Below are positions 63,341 to 64,000 of a stretch of DNA of 64,000 bases, one piece after another. The notes under the pieces were generated by a model that was given only the letters and a program-made list of their open reading frames with translations, was not told where the DNA came from and ran no database searches. Source of the DNA: Lama glama (Eukaryota); assembly GCA_028534125.1 (NCBI GenBank), contig CM052832.1:11782001-11846000 (forward strand), written 5' to 3'. Position 1 is the first letter of the stretch; every line of letters starts with the position of its first letter. Position numbers and translations under genes: made by a program.

Positions 63341-63840
63341 NNNNNNNNNNNNNNNNNNNNNNNNNNNNNNNNNNNNNNNNNNNNNNNNNNNNNNNNNNNN
63401 NNNNNNNNNNNNNNNNNNNNNNNNNNNNNNNNNNNNNNNNNNNNNNNNNNNNNNNNNNNNNNNNNNNNNNNNNNNNNNNNNNNNNNNNNNNNNNNNNNNN
63501 NNNNNNNNNNNNNNNNNNNNNNNNNNNNNNNNNNNNNNNNNNNNNNNNNNNNNNNNNNNNNNNNNNNNNNNNNNNNNNNNNNNNNNNNNNNNNNNNNNNN
63601 NNNNNNNNNNNNNNNNNNNNNNNNNNNNNNNNNNNNNNNNNNNNNNNNNNNNNNNNNNNNNNNNNNNNNNNNNNNNNNNNNNNNNNNNNNNNNNNNNNNN
63701 NNNNNNNNNNNNNNNNNNNNNNNNNNNNNNNNNNNNNNNNNNNNNNNNNNNNNNNNNNNNNNNNNNNNNNNNNNNNNNNNNNNNNNNNNNNNNNNNNNNN
63801 NNNNNNNNNNNNNNNNNNNNNNNNNNNNNNNNNNNNNNNN
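63341..63840. other. Assembly gap (exactly 500 N)
   Basis: N run of the same length as the other two gaps. Confidence 0.99.
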
Positions 63841-64000
63841 AGAAGTGAAATTTTAAGCAAGTTTAGATAAAAAATGAACATTGTAGTGGGCAAATTTATT
63901 TGAGAAAACTGCTTTTTAAAACAATTTAAAGAGTAATACATATATATTGAATGAGTATATACTGAATGAATAACATATAGAGGATAAATATATATTAATT

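Overview
Mammalian genomic DNA, probably camelid (inferred from a recurring tRNA-derived SINE and an L1 3' end). The window holds the 3' part of the axonemal dynein heavy chain gene DNAH8 on the minus strand. I delimited 20 GT-AG coding exons with consistent phases, running from AAA4 through the stalk and microtubule-binding domain to the start of AAA5 (12 exons, 62677->45137). After an assembly gap they continue from late AAA6 to the C-terminal stop (8 exons, 37370->6180), followed by a short 3' UTR. Roughly 570 aa of the expected protein (most of AAA5, the buttress and most of AAA6) is absent and is most likely hidden in the 500-N placeholder gap at 43154-43653. The rest is intron or 3' flank filled with ordinary repeats (MIR, L2, L1, MaLR/ERVL LTRs, hAT DNA transposons, SINEs, microsatellites). 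Nearly all ORFs in the supplied track other than the DNAH8 exon fragments appear spurious. I found no convincing new biological system; the findings are modest splicing, polyadenylation, assembly and transposon observations. Repeat family names and the DNAH8 reference come from recall, not from a database search.
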